Part shown: piece by piece, positions 10,116 to 19,064 of the stretch
How the letters are laid out: every line of letters begins with the position of its first letter
How positions within the stretch are numbered: the stretch's first letter is position 1
Source of the DNA: Bacteroidales bacterium
GTDB lineage: Bacteria; Bacteroidota; Bacteroidia; Bacteroidales; UBA10428
Assembly (NCBI GenBank): GCA_035913795.1
Contig: JAMIIA010000061.1
Location: 231-64,230 of the forward strand
Reading direction: 5' to 3'
Length of the DNA stretch: 64,000 nucleotides
Translations under genes and position numbers: made by a program
Notes under the pieces: model-generated
Database searches by the model: none
What the model was told of the DNA's origin: nothing
What the model saw: only the letters and a program-made list of their open reading frames with translations

Positions 10116-10682
10116 ATGAACGATAAGAACTATATACTCCGTAATTCTCTGGCAGGCTTTCTCTGGCTGCTGGCTTTTGTGGTAGTTTATTATATTATTG
10201 CTCACTACGTGAAAGTTGATTTCTTTAGCTGGTTACAACCCCTGTTCGATCGAGAGGCAATCATGTTATTTATCTTCATGGTTTCAGAAGTTGTTGTCGG
10301 AATTATTCCTCCAGAAGTTTTTATAATCTGGGCACTTAGGTATGAAAGTACATCCAGTTTTGTTGCAATGGTTGCGTTATTATCAGCAATTTCTTATTTG
10401 GGAGGAGTTTCTGGTTACTTTATTGGCCGGTACCTGAATGGCACCTATTTTTATCGCTATCTTAGAAAACGATGGCTTCGCAATATTCAAAAACGACTGG
10501 ATGCCTTCGGCTTCTATTTAATAATTATTGCTGCCCTAACCCCTGTTCCTTTTTCTGGTGTGGCCATGTTGGTAGGCTCTGTGAAATATTCGTTTAAAAA
10601 GTATTTATTATATTCTTTAACCCGGTTTTTGCGCTTTGTGATTTTAGCCTGGGTTTTTTGGGAAGCCCATTTCATGGTATAG
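10116..10682 (+). CDS. Integral membrane protein, DedA/YqaA-like (VTT domain)
   Basis: 188-aa ORF with 4-5 hydrophobic helices. Contains GIIPPEVFIIWA, G..GYFIGRY and LTPVPFSGVAMLVG segments reminiscent of VTT/SNARE-associated proteins. Confidence 0.5.
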   Translation: MNDKNYILRNSLAGFLWLLAFVVVYYIIAHYVKVDFFSWLQPLFDREAIMLFIFMVSEVVVGIIPPEVFIIWALRYESTSSFVAMVALLSAISYLGGVSGYFIGRYLNGTYFYRYLRKRWLRNIQKRLDAFGFYLIIIAALTPVPFSGVAMLVGSVKYSFKKYLLYSLTRFLRFVILAWVFWEAHFMV

Positions 10683-10694
10683 CATCTCAAATCT

Positions 10695-11597
10695 TTATTC
10701 GTGGAATACCATAAGGGGTATATTCGTATGGTAAAAAACTTTCTTTGTTACACTGGGTTTGAATACTTTTTCAAGCAGTTTTCTTTTTCGATGCGTGAGG
10801 GCAATCAGATTGATATTGTTATTAACCACAAAGTCGTCGAGGGTTTGCAACAAACTATTTGACTCAGGGATAATCTGGCATTGCACCGACTTTTTACCAT
10901 AGACTTTTTTGAAATACTCTTTCAACCCTTCCATTTTTAAGGATTCCCATTTATCCTCTTTTATTGCCAGATGAATACAATGGATAGTCATTTGAAAAAG
11001 ATCGGCAAATTGCATCAGGTACTTTATCGAAGCAAAATCCGATTCGTCATAATCGGTTAGGTAAACCAGTTTGCGCATATTTTCTTCGCCAACGAAAGTA
11101 TATTCTTCGGGTATAGCGATCACAGGTAATTTTAGTTTCATAATAACATGTTCGGTGATGCTGCCTAGAATAGAAACATTTTTTTTGTGGGCGCCATGGG
11201 TTCCCATAATTACCATGGAGGCTTCACACTGGTTGGCAAACGAAATAATTTCATCTCTGGCCAAGCCTGGCTTAAGTGTCGAAGAAATGTCGGACGGCGA
11301 GAAATTCTGAAACTCCTTATAAGTAAGAATTTTGTCGATAAAACGATTGAGTTCTTCTTGTTCTCCCTCGATAAGTTTTTCAGTGACATCTTCTCTCAGT
11401 TGCTGCTGCGTATTAAGGCTTCCCGTAAGCTCGATCATGTCGAATGCGGGCGAGTAAAACGCATGAAAAAGAAAGATCTTGCCTTTTGATTTGCTTGCAA
11501 TTTTTGCGGCATAACGACAAGCCAACACGCTACAATCGGAGTAATCTACCGGAACCAGAATAGTTCCGTAATGTGGTTTGATTTCTTTGCTTTCCAT
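10695..11597 (-). CDS. Universal stress protein, tandem Usp domains
   Basis: 300-aa ORF with two Usp-like halves (ILVPVDYSD.. and LVYLTDYDE..). ATP-binding-type motif MGTHGAHKKNVSILGSITEHV in the first half. Confidence 0.8.
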   Translation of the reverse strand: MESKEIKPHYGTILVPVDYSDCSVLACRYAAKIASKSKGKIFLFHAFYSPAFDMIELTGSLNTQQQLREDVTEKLIEGEQEELNRFIDKILTYKEFQNFSPSDISSTLKPGLARDEIISFANQCEASMVIMGTHGAHKKNVSILGSITEHVIMKLKLPVIAIPEEYTFVGEENMRKLVYLTDYDESDFASIKYLMQFADLFQMTIHCIHLAIKEDKWESLKMEGLKEYFKKVYGKKSVQCQIIPESNSLLQTLDDFVVNNNINLIALTHRKRKLLEKVFKPSVTKKVFYHTNIPLMVFHE

Positions 11598-11649
11598 GGC
11601 AGGGGATTTATGAAACCTGCCAATAAGTTACAAAAAAATCAGGATAAAA

Positions 11650-12084
11650 TCAATCTAAAAGGGTATAAGTTGCCTCCACCTGATCTACTTCTCCACTGCC
11701 ATCGTCTATTGAGAAGTTCCATTCAATTTTCTTTAGATTCTTATCGATTGTGCCGGCGCCTTGCACTATAGTGAAACCGCCTGTGAGTGATTGATTGTCT
11801 GGAAGTTGCACCTGGTAGCCAACTACATTTCCAACTGCCACCGAACTATTTCCTAAGCCATAGAAATTTTCAATTAAAATCTGTGTGGGGTTCGATTCGG
11901 ACACAGAAATAAAAACAGTCTGACTTTGCAAAGCTGCCTTGTAGATTATGGAGGATTCATCTACCGACCATTGTCCCTCCAATTCCAGGGCAATTTGTTC
12001 ATCGGTAAGATCGTTCAGCAGATTTTCGCAACTCATGCTCATTGATACCAAGAGTGCCGCGGTGATTATTTTTAGCATTTTCAT
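11650..12084 (-). CDS. Hypothetical lipoprotein
   Basis: 144-aa ORF. Signal peptide with lipobox SMSC. No family recognised. Codon usage is consistent with its neighbours. Confidence 0.55.
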   Translation of the reverse strand: MKMLKIITAALLVSMSMSCENLLNDLTDEQIALELEGQWSVDESSIIYKAALQSQTVFISVSESNPTQILIENFYGLGNSSVAVGNVVGYQVQLPDNQSLTGGFTIVQGAGTIDKNLKKIEWNFSIDDGSGEVDQVEATYTLLD

Positions 12085-12249
12085 GTTCGATAGAGTTTAG
12101 AATTTGATTAAAGTTACACTCAAACGCAGTGTGTTTTACTAAAATTGTGCCACAAAAAATGATTCCTGAGGGCTTATTTCAAAATAAAACAGAATAAAAT
12201 AAAAAAACAGGTAAACCTTCGATGTGGTTATTTACGAAATAGCCAGATG

Positions 12250-12281
12250 TTTGTTACCTTAGCGCCAATATCTTATTTTTG
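12250..12281 (+). promoter_or_regulatory. Candidate Bacteroidetes sigma-A promoter for lemA
   Basis: TTTG (12250-12253), 20-nt spacer, then TATTTTTG (12274-12281). This fits the Bacteroides -33 TTTG / -7 TAnnTTTG consensus. It lies about 30 nt upstream of the lemA ATG. Confidence 0.35.
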
Positions 12282-12310
12282 CCTAATCAAAAAAAAATAA
12301 TAAATAAAAC

Positions 12311-12916
12311 ATGAAAAAATCGAATTTAACCTTAATTATAGTAGCCTCTATAATTGGTGTATTTTTACTCTTAGGGGTTATTATTGGTCTGGCCTATATG
12401 CGAATGTACAACAAAGTTGTAAGTATGGAAGAAACCGTAAGCTCTCAATGGGCTAACGTGGAAACCGCCTATCAGCGCAGGCTTGATCTTATTCCTAATC
12501 TTGTGAACACGGTAAAGGGCTATGCCGATTTTGAGCAGGAAACACTTACCCAGGTAATTGAAGCGCGTGCCAAAGCCACCTCAGTGACTGTAGACCCTAC
12601 GAATTTGGATGCCAATACATTGGCGCAGTTTCAGCAAACACAAGGAGCACTTTCATCAGCACTTGGCCGGCTGATGGTGGTAGTTGAGAAATATCCTGAT
12701 TTAAAGGCCAATCAGAATTTTCTTGAACTTCAGGCCCAGCTCGAAGGCACCGAGAACCGAATCAGCGTGGAACGCTTAAAATACAACGATACTGTTCGAA
12801 CCTACAATACCTACGTGAAACAATTCCCCCGAAACATATTTTTTGGCGGACGCGAACAAAAGGGATATTTCGAGTCTGAGGAAGCAGCAGCAGAAGCTCC
12901 GGTCGTAGAATTTTAG
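12311..12916 (+). CDS. LemA family protein
   Basis: 201-aa ORF. N-terminal TM anchor followed by the LemA core (WANVETAYQRRLDLIPNLV, KYPDLKANQNFLELQAQLEGTENRI, YN..V..YN). Confidence 0.9.
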   Translation: MKKSNLTLIIVASIIGVFLLLGVIIGLAYMRMYNKVVSMEETVSSQWANVETAYQRRLDLIPNLVNTVKGYADFEQETLTQVIEARAKATSVTVDPTNLDANTLAQFQQTQGALSSALGRLMVVVEKYPDLKANQNFLELQAQLEGTENRISVERLKYNDTVRTYNTYVKQFPRNIFFGGREQKGYFESEEAAAEAPVVEF

Positions 12917-13051
12917 GTCGCATGCTTAATTTTATCCTACCTTCTTGATTGGGTTTTAATTAATATAATTCCCCATTCATTACGAATAATTATTTTGTTT
13001 TCGTGCCTACCATTGTTTTCACGAAAAAGAAACTAGAAAATAAAATGCCAG

Positions 13052-13492
13052 ATGAAGCCAGAACAATTCTTTGCTCAGGAAGAAAAGGATCGCATACTCG
13101 GTGCAATACGCGAATCTGAAACTCAAACATCGGGAGAAATAAGGGTGCATATCGAAAGCAATTGCCACGGCGATGTGCTGGATAGGGCAGCTTTTCTTTT
13201 CGAAAAACTGAAGATGCATCGTACAGACCTCAGAAATGGAGTGTTGTTTTATCTTTCTGTAAACGACCGTAAATTTGCCATTCTGGGCGATGCCGGCATC
13301 AATCAGGTAACTCCCGAAAACTTTTGGAATGAGATAAAAGAAGTGGTGCTGGCTGAATTCATTCAGAACCGTTATGCTGAAGGTCTTTGCAAGGGTATAC
13401 AAATGGCTGGGCAAGCTCTTCGTGAGAAATTCCCTTGTCGGTGTGATGATGTCAACGAATTGTCGAACGATTTATCGTTTGGAAAAAACTAA
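13052..13492 (+). CDS. TPM domain-containing protein (no signal peptide)
   Basis: 146-aa ORF. TPM/DUF477-like pattern (I..AI...E..TSGEIRVHI, LFYLSVNDRKFAILGD.GI). No signal peptide or TM helix seen. Confidence 0.7.
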   Translation: MKPEQFFAQEEKDRILGAIRESETQTSGEIRVHIESNCHGDVLDRAAFLFEKLKMHRTDLRNGVLFYLSVNDRKFAILGDAGINQVTPENFWNEIKEVVLAEFIQNRYAEGLCKGIQMAGQALREKFPCRCDDVNELSNDLSFGKN

Positions 13493-13495
13493 AAG

Positions 13496-14278
13496 ATGAA
13501 ACGAACTATTACCTTATTATTCTTTGTTGCTGGATTCCTGCTCCAATTGCTGGCTGTACCCCAAAAACCCGTACCGGCAAGGTTGGTGAACGATTTTACC
13601 AGCACCTTAAGTCCAGAGCAGCAGCAAGCCATGGAAAGCAAACTGGTCGACTTTGGAAACCGTACTACCACTCAGATTGTGGTGGTAATTACTAACTCAT
13701 TCGAAGGCAACGATAAATCAATGTATGCCTATAGCATTGGCGAACAATGGGGTGTTGGCAATGCTCAATTCGACAATGGCATTGTGGTGCTGCTCAAGCC
13801 CAAAACAGGGGCAGAATCCGGCGAGGTATTCATTGCTACTGGTTATGGCTTAGAGGCTGTAGTTCCCGATGCCATAGCCAAGCGCATTGTGGAACTGGAA
13901 ATGATACCCTCGTTCAGACAAGGTAGTTATTACGAAGGAATTGATAAGGCTCTGAATGTATTGATGGAATTAAGCCTCAAAGAATATACAGCCCAGGAAT
14001 ACCAACAAAAAAGCAACAAGAAAGAGTCCATTGGCGGTTTTGTCTTCCTGATTGTAGTGGCATTGTTTTTTCTTTTATCAATTTTCTCAAAAGCAGGAAG
14101 AGTGCGAAAATCTTCTCTGGGTGGAGGCAATCTCCCATTCTGGCTCTTACTTTCGATGATGGCTTCTGGAGGCCGCAGTGGTGGAGGTAGTTTTGGTAAC
14201 TTTTCCTCCGGTGGTGGATCCTTTGGAGGCTTTGGCGGAGGCAGTTTTGGTGGTGGTGGCGCAGGAGGTAGCTGGTAA
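13496..14278 (+). CDS. TPM domain-containing protein, YgcG-like (exported, membrane-anchored, Gly-rich tail)
   Basis: 260-aa ORF with signal peptide. TPM core (LVNDFTSTLSPEQ..TTTQIVVVIT, NGIVVLL, IATGYGLE). C-terminal TM helix (FVFLIVVALFFLLSIF) and a GGGSFG-type glycine-rich tail. Confidence 0.8.
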   Translation: MKRTITLLFFVAGFLLQLLAVPQKPVPARLVNDFTSTLSPEQQQAMESKLVDFGNRTTTQIVVVITNSFEGNDKSMYAYSIGEQWGVGNAQFDNGIVVLLKPKTGAESGEVFIATGYGLEAVVPDAIAKRIVELEMIPSFRQGSYYEGIDKALNVLMELSLKEYTAQEYQQKSNKKESIGGFVFLIVVALFFLLSIFSKAGRVRKSSLGGGNLPFWLLLSMMASGGRSGGGSFGNFSSGGGSFGGFGGGSFGGGGAGGSW

Positions 14279-14298
14279 ACGTTTTTAGGTAATCGAGT

Positions 14299-15492
14299 AT
14301 GGTAAAAAAGTTTCTTCTGCTGGTCGGTTTTCTATTTGTTTGGCATCAGATCCATGCCTCTGACGGTCTTTTTATTCAGGCAGATTCACTTTCTGATCAA
14401 TCAAGCTCTTTTATAAAGAATGATTCCGGTACCCAAACCCTATCGCTTGTTTTTGCAGGCGATATCATGGGGCACGATCCACAAATTGCCGGGGCTTTTA
14501 ACGAATCCGATTCTTCGTACAATTACGAACCTACTTTTAGGTATATAGCCGACTATATTTCTACAGCCGACATCGCCATTGCCAACCTGGAAGTTACTCT
14601 GGCTGGTGCCCCCTATACAGGCTATCCGCAATTTTCTAGTCCCGATGCCCTGGCTGCAGCAGCGCATGATGCTGGATTTGATGTGATGGTTACGGCCAAC
14701 AACCATGCCCTCGACCGTGGAGCAAAAGGATTGGTGCGTACCTTGAAAGTGCTTGACAGTATAGGGTTTCAGCATACAGGAACATTTCTTAACCCTGCTG
14801 ACCGTGAGGAAAGGTATCCGCTTATGCTCAACAAAAATGAGTTTCGCATTTCGTTGCTGAATTATACCTATGGAACCAATGGCATAGTGGTAAAACCGCC
14901 CTATAGTGTGAACCGGATTGACACTGCGCAAATTCGGAAAGATATTGAAAAATCGATCTCCGACAGCGCAGAATACATTATCTGCCTCATGCATTGGGGG
15001 CTTGAATATGAACGCATAGAAAATGCCGAGCAGAAAAAGCTGGCCCAGTTTATTTTTAATTGTGGTGCCAATGCCATAATTGGTTCGCATCCACATGTGG
15101 TGCAGCCGATTCGCATGGAAAAATTTGCGGAAATCGACAGCCTGACAGATTATCCTGTTGTGTATTCGATGGGAAATTTTGTTTCGAATCAGCGTGCCCA
15201 ATACAAAGATGGGGGCATCATGGCAGAAATGCACTTGAGTAGAAAGAATGGAAGAGTGACACTCGATTCGCTTTTATATCTTCCTTACTGGGTTTACAGA
15301 GAAGAGATACGCCCGGAGAAATTTACCTTTTATGTGTTGCCTGTTTCGTTTTACGAAAGAAATCCAGAAACCATACATTTAACCGAGAACGATTTGTACA
15401 GGTTTAACCGGTTTAAGATCGATACCCGGGAGCATCTTATCGAAGCCAGAGAATCTCAATTTTACCAGCAGAAGCAGGCGGAAAACAAATAA
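14299..15492 (+). CDS. CapA-family (PGA_cap) metallophosphoesterase-like protein
   Basis: 397-aa ORF with signal peptide. CapA motifs LVFAGDIMGHD, ANLE, VTANNHALDRG, MHWGLEYE, GSHPHVVQP. Confidence 0.8.
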   Translation: MVKKFLLLVGFLFVWHQIHASDGLFIQADSLSDQSSSFIKNDSGTQTLSLVFAGDIMGHDPQIAGAFNESDSSYNYEPTFRYIADYISTADIAIANLEVTLAGAPYTGYPQFSSPDALAAAAHDAGFDVMVTANNHALDRGAKGLVRTLKVLDSIGFQHTGTFLNPADREERYPLMLNKNEFRISLLNYTYGTNGIVVKPPYSVNRIDTAQIRKDIEKSISDSAEYIICLMHWGLEYERIENAEQKKLAQFIFNCGANAIIGSHPHVVQPIRMEKFAEIDSLTDYPVVYSMGNFVSNQRAQYKDGGIMAEMHLSRKNGRVTLDSLLYLPYWVYREEIRPEKFTFYVLPVSFYERNPETIHLTENDLYRFNRFKIDTREHLIEARESQFYQQKQAENK

Positions 15493-15494
15493 AA

Positions 15495-15523
15495 AAGCTG
15501 CACCATTTTGTATGATGCAGCTT
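15495..15523. terminator. Hairpin terminator between convergent capA-like and Zn-ribbon genes
   Basis: 8-bp stem AAGCTGCA/TGCAGCTT (15495-15502 pairs with 15516-15523). An A-run on the + strand just upstream gives a U-run for the minus-strand transcript. It lies in the 50-nt convergent gap. Confidence 0.5.
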
Positions 15524-15542
15524 CTGTTCGATTAAGAAGGGC

Positions 15543-16322
15543 TTACATGTTTTCTTCTTTTTCTTTCATAATGTTGTTGTCGACAAGGATACGGCCGCAA
15601 TACTCGCATACAATAATTTTCTTACGCGATTTAATGTCAAGCTGACGTTGTGGTGGAATGTTATTAAAGCATCCGCCACAGGCATCGCGCTCTACGCTAA
15701 CTACAGCCAGTCCGTTACGGGCGTTTTTTCTGATCTTTTTAAAAGCAGTTAAGAGGCGTTCTTCGATAAGCTTTTCCAAGTCAACAGCCTGCTGCCCAAA
15801 TTCTTCTTCTTCTTTTTTGGTGTCGTTCACAATCTCATCCAGCTCTTTGCGTTTCGAGTCGAGATCGGCCAATCTTTCTTCTAGTTTCGATTTCGATTCG
15901 GTGATGATAGTGCTTTTGTCGGCTATCTGAGCTGTAAATTCACGGATGCGTTTTTCGCACAATTCAATTTCCAGAGTCTGGTATTCAGTTTCTTTCGATA
16001 AAGATTCGAATTCGCGGTTGTTACGCACATTGTTCTGTTGATCCTGGTACTTTTTAATAAGTGCCTTGGCTTCGTTGATTTCGTTCTTTTTGGCTGCAAT
16101 GTTTGTATCAAAGCTTTTTACCTCCTGCTCGTATTTTTCAATACGTGTTTGCAAACCAGCTATCTCATCTTCCAGATCCTGTACTTCAAGAGGTAACTCT
16201 CCCCGAAGGGTTTTGATTTTATCTATTTCCGATTTAATCGTTTGCAATCTGTGAAGAGCACGAAGTTTTTCTTCAACGGTTATTTCGGTAGTTTCAGCCG
16301 ATTTGTTTTTTACGTCAGCCAT
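15543..16322 (-). CDS. Coiled-coil protein with C-terminal C4 zinc ribbon (COG1579/DUF164-like)
   Basis: 259-aa ORF. Long heptad-rich coiled coil followed by CGGC..(x24)..CEYC zinc ribbon. Starts 2 nt after the Nif3 gene stop. Confidence 0.75.
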   Translation of the reverse strand: MADVKNKSAETTEITVEEKLRALHRLQTIKSEIDKIKTLRGELPLEVQDLEDEIAGLQTRIEKYEQEVKSFDTNIAAKKNEINEAKALIKKYQDQQNNVRNNREFESLSKETEYQTLEIELCEKRIREFTAQIADKSTIITESKSKLEERLADLDSKRKELDEIVNDTKKEEEEFGQQAVDLEKLIEERLLTAFKKIRKNARNGLAVVSVERDACGGCFNNIPPQRQLDIKSRKKIIVCEYCGRILVDNNIMKEKEENM

Positions 16323-16323
16323 A

Positions 16324-17421
16324 TTAGTTGTAATAATTTATGGGATTTGTTTTTACTTCTGATAAATGAACGGCAAATTTAGGCAATTTTTTTATAACTG
16401 ATTCATAAAAAATCTCTTTCGTAAATTGTTCGCTTTCGTAATGTCCTATATCGATGAGTGACATATTCTCTGAGCCCTCAAAAAACTGATGATATTTTAA
16501 ATCTGATGTAACATAAGCGTCGGCTTGCTGTTTAGCGGCCTGTCCAATCAGAAAGGCTCCACTGCCACCGCAGACTGCGATTTTTTTAATTTTTTTGTTG
16601 GTTTGGCCAGTATAGCGTATGCACCCGGTATTAAATTGGCTTTTAAGCAGACGGATGAAATCTTCTAAACTGATTTCTTTATCCAGGTATCCGATTATTC
16701 CGGCACCAATATATTGATTTTCATTGGCCAGCGGATACAAGTCGAAAGCTACTTCTTCGTATGGATGACTGCTGTGAAGAGCATGAATCAGTTTCGATCT
16801 TAAAATCCCAGGCAAGATCAACTCGAGCCTCATTTCCGGTTCGGTATGCAATATCCCTTTTTTACCAACAAAAGGATTAGCCTGGTCGAGCGCACGAAAA
16901 GTACCATGGCCATTCAAACTAAAACTGCAGCTGTCGTAATTACCAATATGTCCGGCGCCTGCTTCAAAGAGGGCTGAGCGTACTTTTTCGAAGTGGCTTG
17001 AGGGAACAAAGCAAACAAGTTTATACAATGCATCGGGTTGGGGAAGCAAGATGCTGTTTTTTTTTAGTCCTATTTTTTCGCATATCCGGGCATTTACTCC
17101 ATGGGGCACATTGTCGAGATTGGTATGCTGGGCATAGATTGCGATTTGATTCTGTATGGCTTTTATTATTAACGACCCGGTTGCTGTTTCGGTTGTTATG
17201 GCTTTTAGGGGGTTAAAAAGCAAAGGGTGATGGCAGATAATCAGGTTTGCTTTTTTTTGCAATGCTTCGTCCAGTACTTCGTGCGTTACATCAAGGGTGC
17301 AAAGAATTCCTGAAACCTTCTGGTCGAATGAGCCCAGGTTTAGTCCCGAGTTGTCATAATTTTCCTGTAACCCAAGCGGGGCAACTGTTTCAAGTATGTT
17401 AGCGATGTCTTTTACGGTCAT
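16324..17421 (-). CDS. Nif3-like dinuclear metal centre protein (GTP cyclohydrolase 1 type 2 homologue)
   Basis: 365-aa ORF. NIF3 motifs (ENYDNSGL, ANLIICHHPLLF, HTNLD, VTSDLKYH, IDIGHYESE) with the PII-like insert typical of the long form. Confidence 0.88.
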   Translation of the reverse strand: MTVKDIANILETVAPLGLQENYDNSGLNLGSFDQKVSGILCTLDVTHEVLDEALQKKANLIICHHPLLFNPLKAITTETATGSLIIKAIQNQIAIYAQHTNLDNVPHGVNARICEKIGLKKNSILLPQPDALYKLVCFVPSSHFEKVRSALFEAGAGHIGNYDSCSFSLNGHGTFRALDQANPFVGKKGILHTEPEMRLELILPGILRSKLIHALHSSHPYEEVAFDLYPLANENQYIGAGIIGYLDKEISLEDFIRLLKSQFNTGCIRYTGQTNKKIKKIAVCGGSGAFLIGQAAKQQADAYVTSDLKYHQFFEGSENMSLIDIGHYESEQFTKEIFYESVIKKLPKFAVHLSEVKTNPINYYN

Positions 17422-17546
17422 TCTTTTCTATTTAGCGCAATGGAACGATTTTTTTCTTAGAGTCTGAACGGAATGTTGGGGTGGAATCGGAAAGCCATCA
17501 ATTAAGCTTGAAAGCTGTGTGAATAGGTCGAGAAGAATGCCAGAAC

Positions 17547-17891
17547 TTAGAGCTTTTCTTTAATTTCCAGCAAAAGTTGTTTGATGGTGTTGAGTGTTTG
17601 AATGGCTTCGAAATTATCGACAGTATCTTCTTTGTTTTCTTTTATTTTTTTCTTAGCACCACTTAGGGTCATGCCCTTTTCTTTTACCAGGTGAAAGATC
17701 AGGTGAAAGTTGTCGATGTCCTTTTTTGTGAAAAACCGATTTCCTTTTTTGTTCTTCTTGGGTTTTATCACATCGAACTCTTTTTCCCAAAAGCGTATAA
17801 GCGAGGTGTTGACTCCAAACATTTCGGCTACCTCGCCGATTGAATAATAGAGTTTTTCAACTTTTTTCTCGATATATGGCATTGCTATCAA
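17547..17891 (-). CDS. MerR family transcriptional regulator
   Basis: 114-aa ORF. MerR-type winged HTH (YSIGEVAEMFGVNTSLIRFWEKEF). The ATG at 17882 (MPYIEKK) is an alternative start. Confidence 0.85.
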   Translation of the reverse strand: MIAMPYIEKKVEKLYYSIGEVAEMFGVNTSLIRFWEKEFDVIKPKKNKKGNRFFTKKDIDNFHLIFHLVKEKGMTLSGAKKKIKENKEDTVDNFEAIQTLNTIKQLLLEIKEKL

Positions 17892-18017
17892 TTTAGGTGT
17901 TTAAAAATAAAAAATAAATGCTAATAAACCAATTACTTATACAGATTTACCTAAACCTAATAAACAAGTGCTCTTTTTTAAAATGGGCAATAGCCTGTTT
18001 TTCTGAAATTTTTATTT

Positions 18018-18055
18018 GAAAAAAAAACGATAAAGAGTTGGTATTCTTTATCGTT
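18018..18055 (-). terminator. Rho-independent terminator downstream of the M23 peptidase pair
   Basis: On the minus strand about 27 nt after the stop at 18082. 11-bp stem AACGATAAAGA/TCTTTATCGTT (18026-18036 pairs with 18045-18055), then a U-run (A-run 18019-18027 on the + strand). Confidence 0.65.
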
Positions 18056-18081
18056 TGATGATTTCTGATAAACCAGAATGA

Positions 18082-19053
18082 TTAGTCGAATGTCTGACCT
18101 GATTTTTGAGAGATATCGATCATTCTTTCATATTCTTCGGCAGTAAGGTCGTTAAAGTAATAATTTACCGGATTTACTTTTTCACCATTCAAAAATATCT
18201 CGTAATGCAGGTGAGGCGCCGTTGAAAGCCCTGTATTTCCTACTGTTCCAATCACATCGCCCCGTTTTACTTTCTGGCCATTGTTTACTTTAATGCTATG
18301 CAAGTGGGCATATAGAGTTTGGTATCCAAAACCGTGGTTAATAATTATTTTATTGCCGTAACCACGCTTAGAGGTTTCAATTTCAGCAATTACGCCATCG
18401 CCAGTAGCATAAACATCTGTACCGGTTGGTGCAGTAAAATCCATTCCATAGTGGAATTTTCTTATCTTGTATATCGGATGAATCCTATACCCCCAGCCAC
18501 TGGCAGTTCGTTCGAGGGTTTTGTTGCTTACAGGCTGAATAGCCGGAATGGAGGCCAGCATTTCACCTTTGTTTTTAGCCAGGTCAATTAGCTCGTCGTA
18601 AGAAATAGACTGGATGTAGATTTTTTTCATCACCTTATCCAGGTTCCTTTTTATATCAATTACGATGTCTGCATCAATCATTTTCTCGAGTTCGCTATAG
18701 CTGTTGCTACCACCAACACCGGCTTCTCTAATCGACGAATGAATGGGTTCAGCCTCAAATATGGTCCTGTAAATATTGTCATCTCTCTCCTGAAGGTCTT
18801 TCAGCACCGCATTGATGTTTTCAAGGTCTTTTTGTACAATTTCATAGTTAAGTTTGAGTTCGCCAATTTGTCTTTTCAATCCTTTTTCTTTCGGAGAATC
18901 GAAAATTTGGTTCACTGCTAACCAATAAACAATTGCAAGGAAAACACTTGACAAAAAGTAGGTTAGGAATCGAACAAGCTTGTTTTTAAAAGTTTTTTTA
19001 ACTTTTACATAGCTTAAAGATTCCTGATTAAATTTATAATTGTGTCTTGCCAT
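18082..19053 (-). CDS. M23 (LytM) family metallopeptidase, membrane-anchored with coiled coil
   Basis: 323-aa ORF. N-terminal TM (FLTYFLSSVFLAIVYWLAV), coiled-coil segment, and LytM domain with intact metal ligands (HYGMD, GNTGLSTAPHLHYEI). Confidence 0.85.
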   Translation of the reverse strand: MARHNYKFNQESLSYVKVKKTFKNKLVRFLTYFLSSVFLAIVYWLAVNQIFDSPKEKGLKRQIGELKLNYEIVQKDLENINAVLKDLQERDDNIYRTIFEAEPIHSSIREAGVGGSNSYSELEKMIDADIVIDIKRNLDKVMKKIYIQSISYDELIDLAKNKGEMLASIPAIQPVSNKTLERTASGWGYRIHPIYKIRKFHYGMDFTAPTGTDVYATGDGVIAEIETSKRGYGNKIIINHGFGYQTLYAHLHSIKVNNGQKVKRGDVIGTVGNTGLSTAPHLHYEIFLNGEKVNPVNYYFNDLTAEEYERMIDISQKSGQTFD

Positions 19054-19064
19054 GAGTAGTAGGT

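Noticed and set aside
14168-14275. An apparent tandem nucleotide repeat (ggtggaggtagttttggt-like units).
   Set aside because: It is the coding sequence for the GGGSFG-rich tail typical of YgcG/TPM proteins. It is low-complexity coding sequence, not a regulatory or CRISPR-like repeat.
14440-15234. A 264-aa ORF on the minus strand, one of the longest unexplained ORFs in the track.
   Set aside because: It is entirely embedded antisense to the CapA-like gene, which has clear family motifs. Its translation is His/Arg/Cys/Ile-rich with no recognisable motif or export signal. It is a typical shadow ORF.
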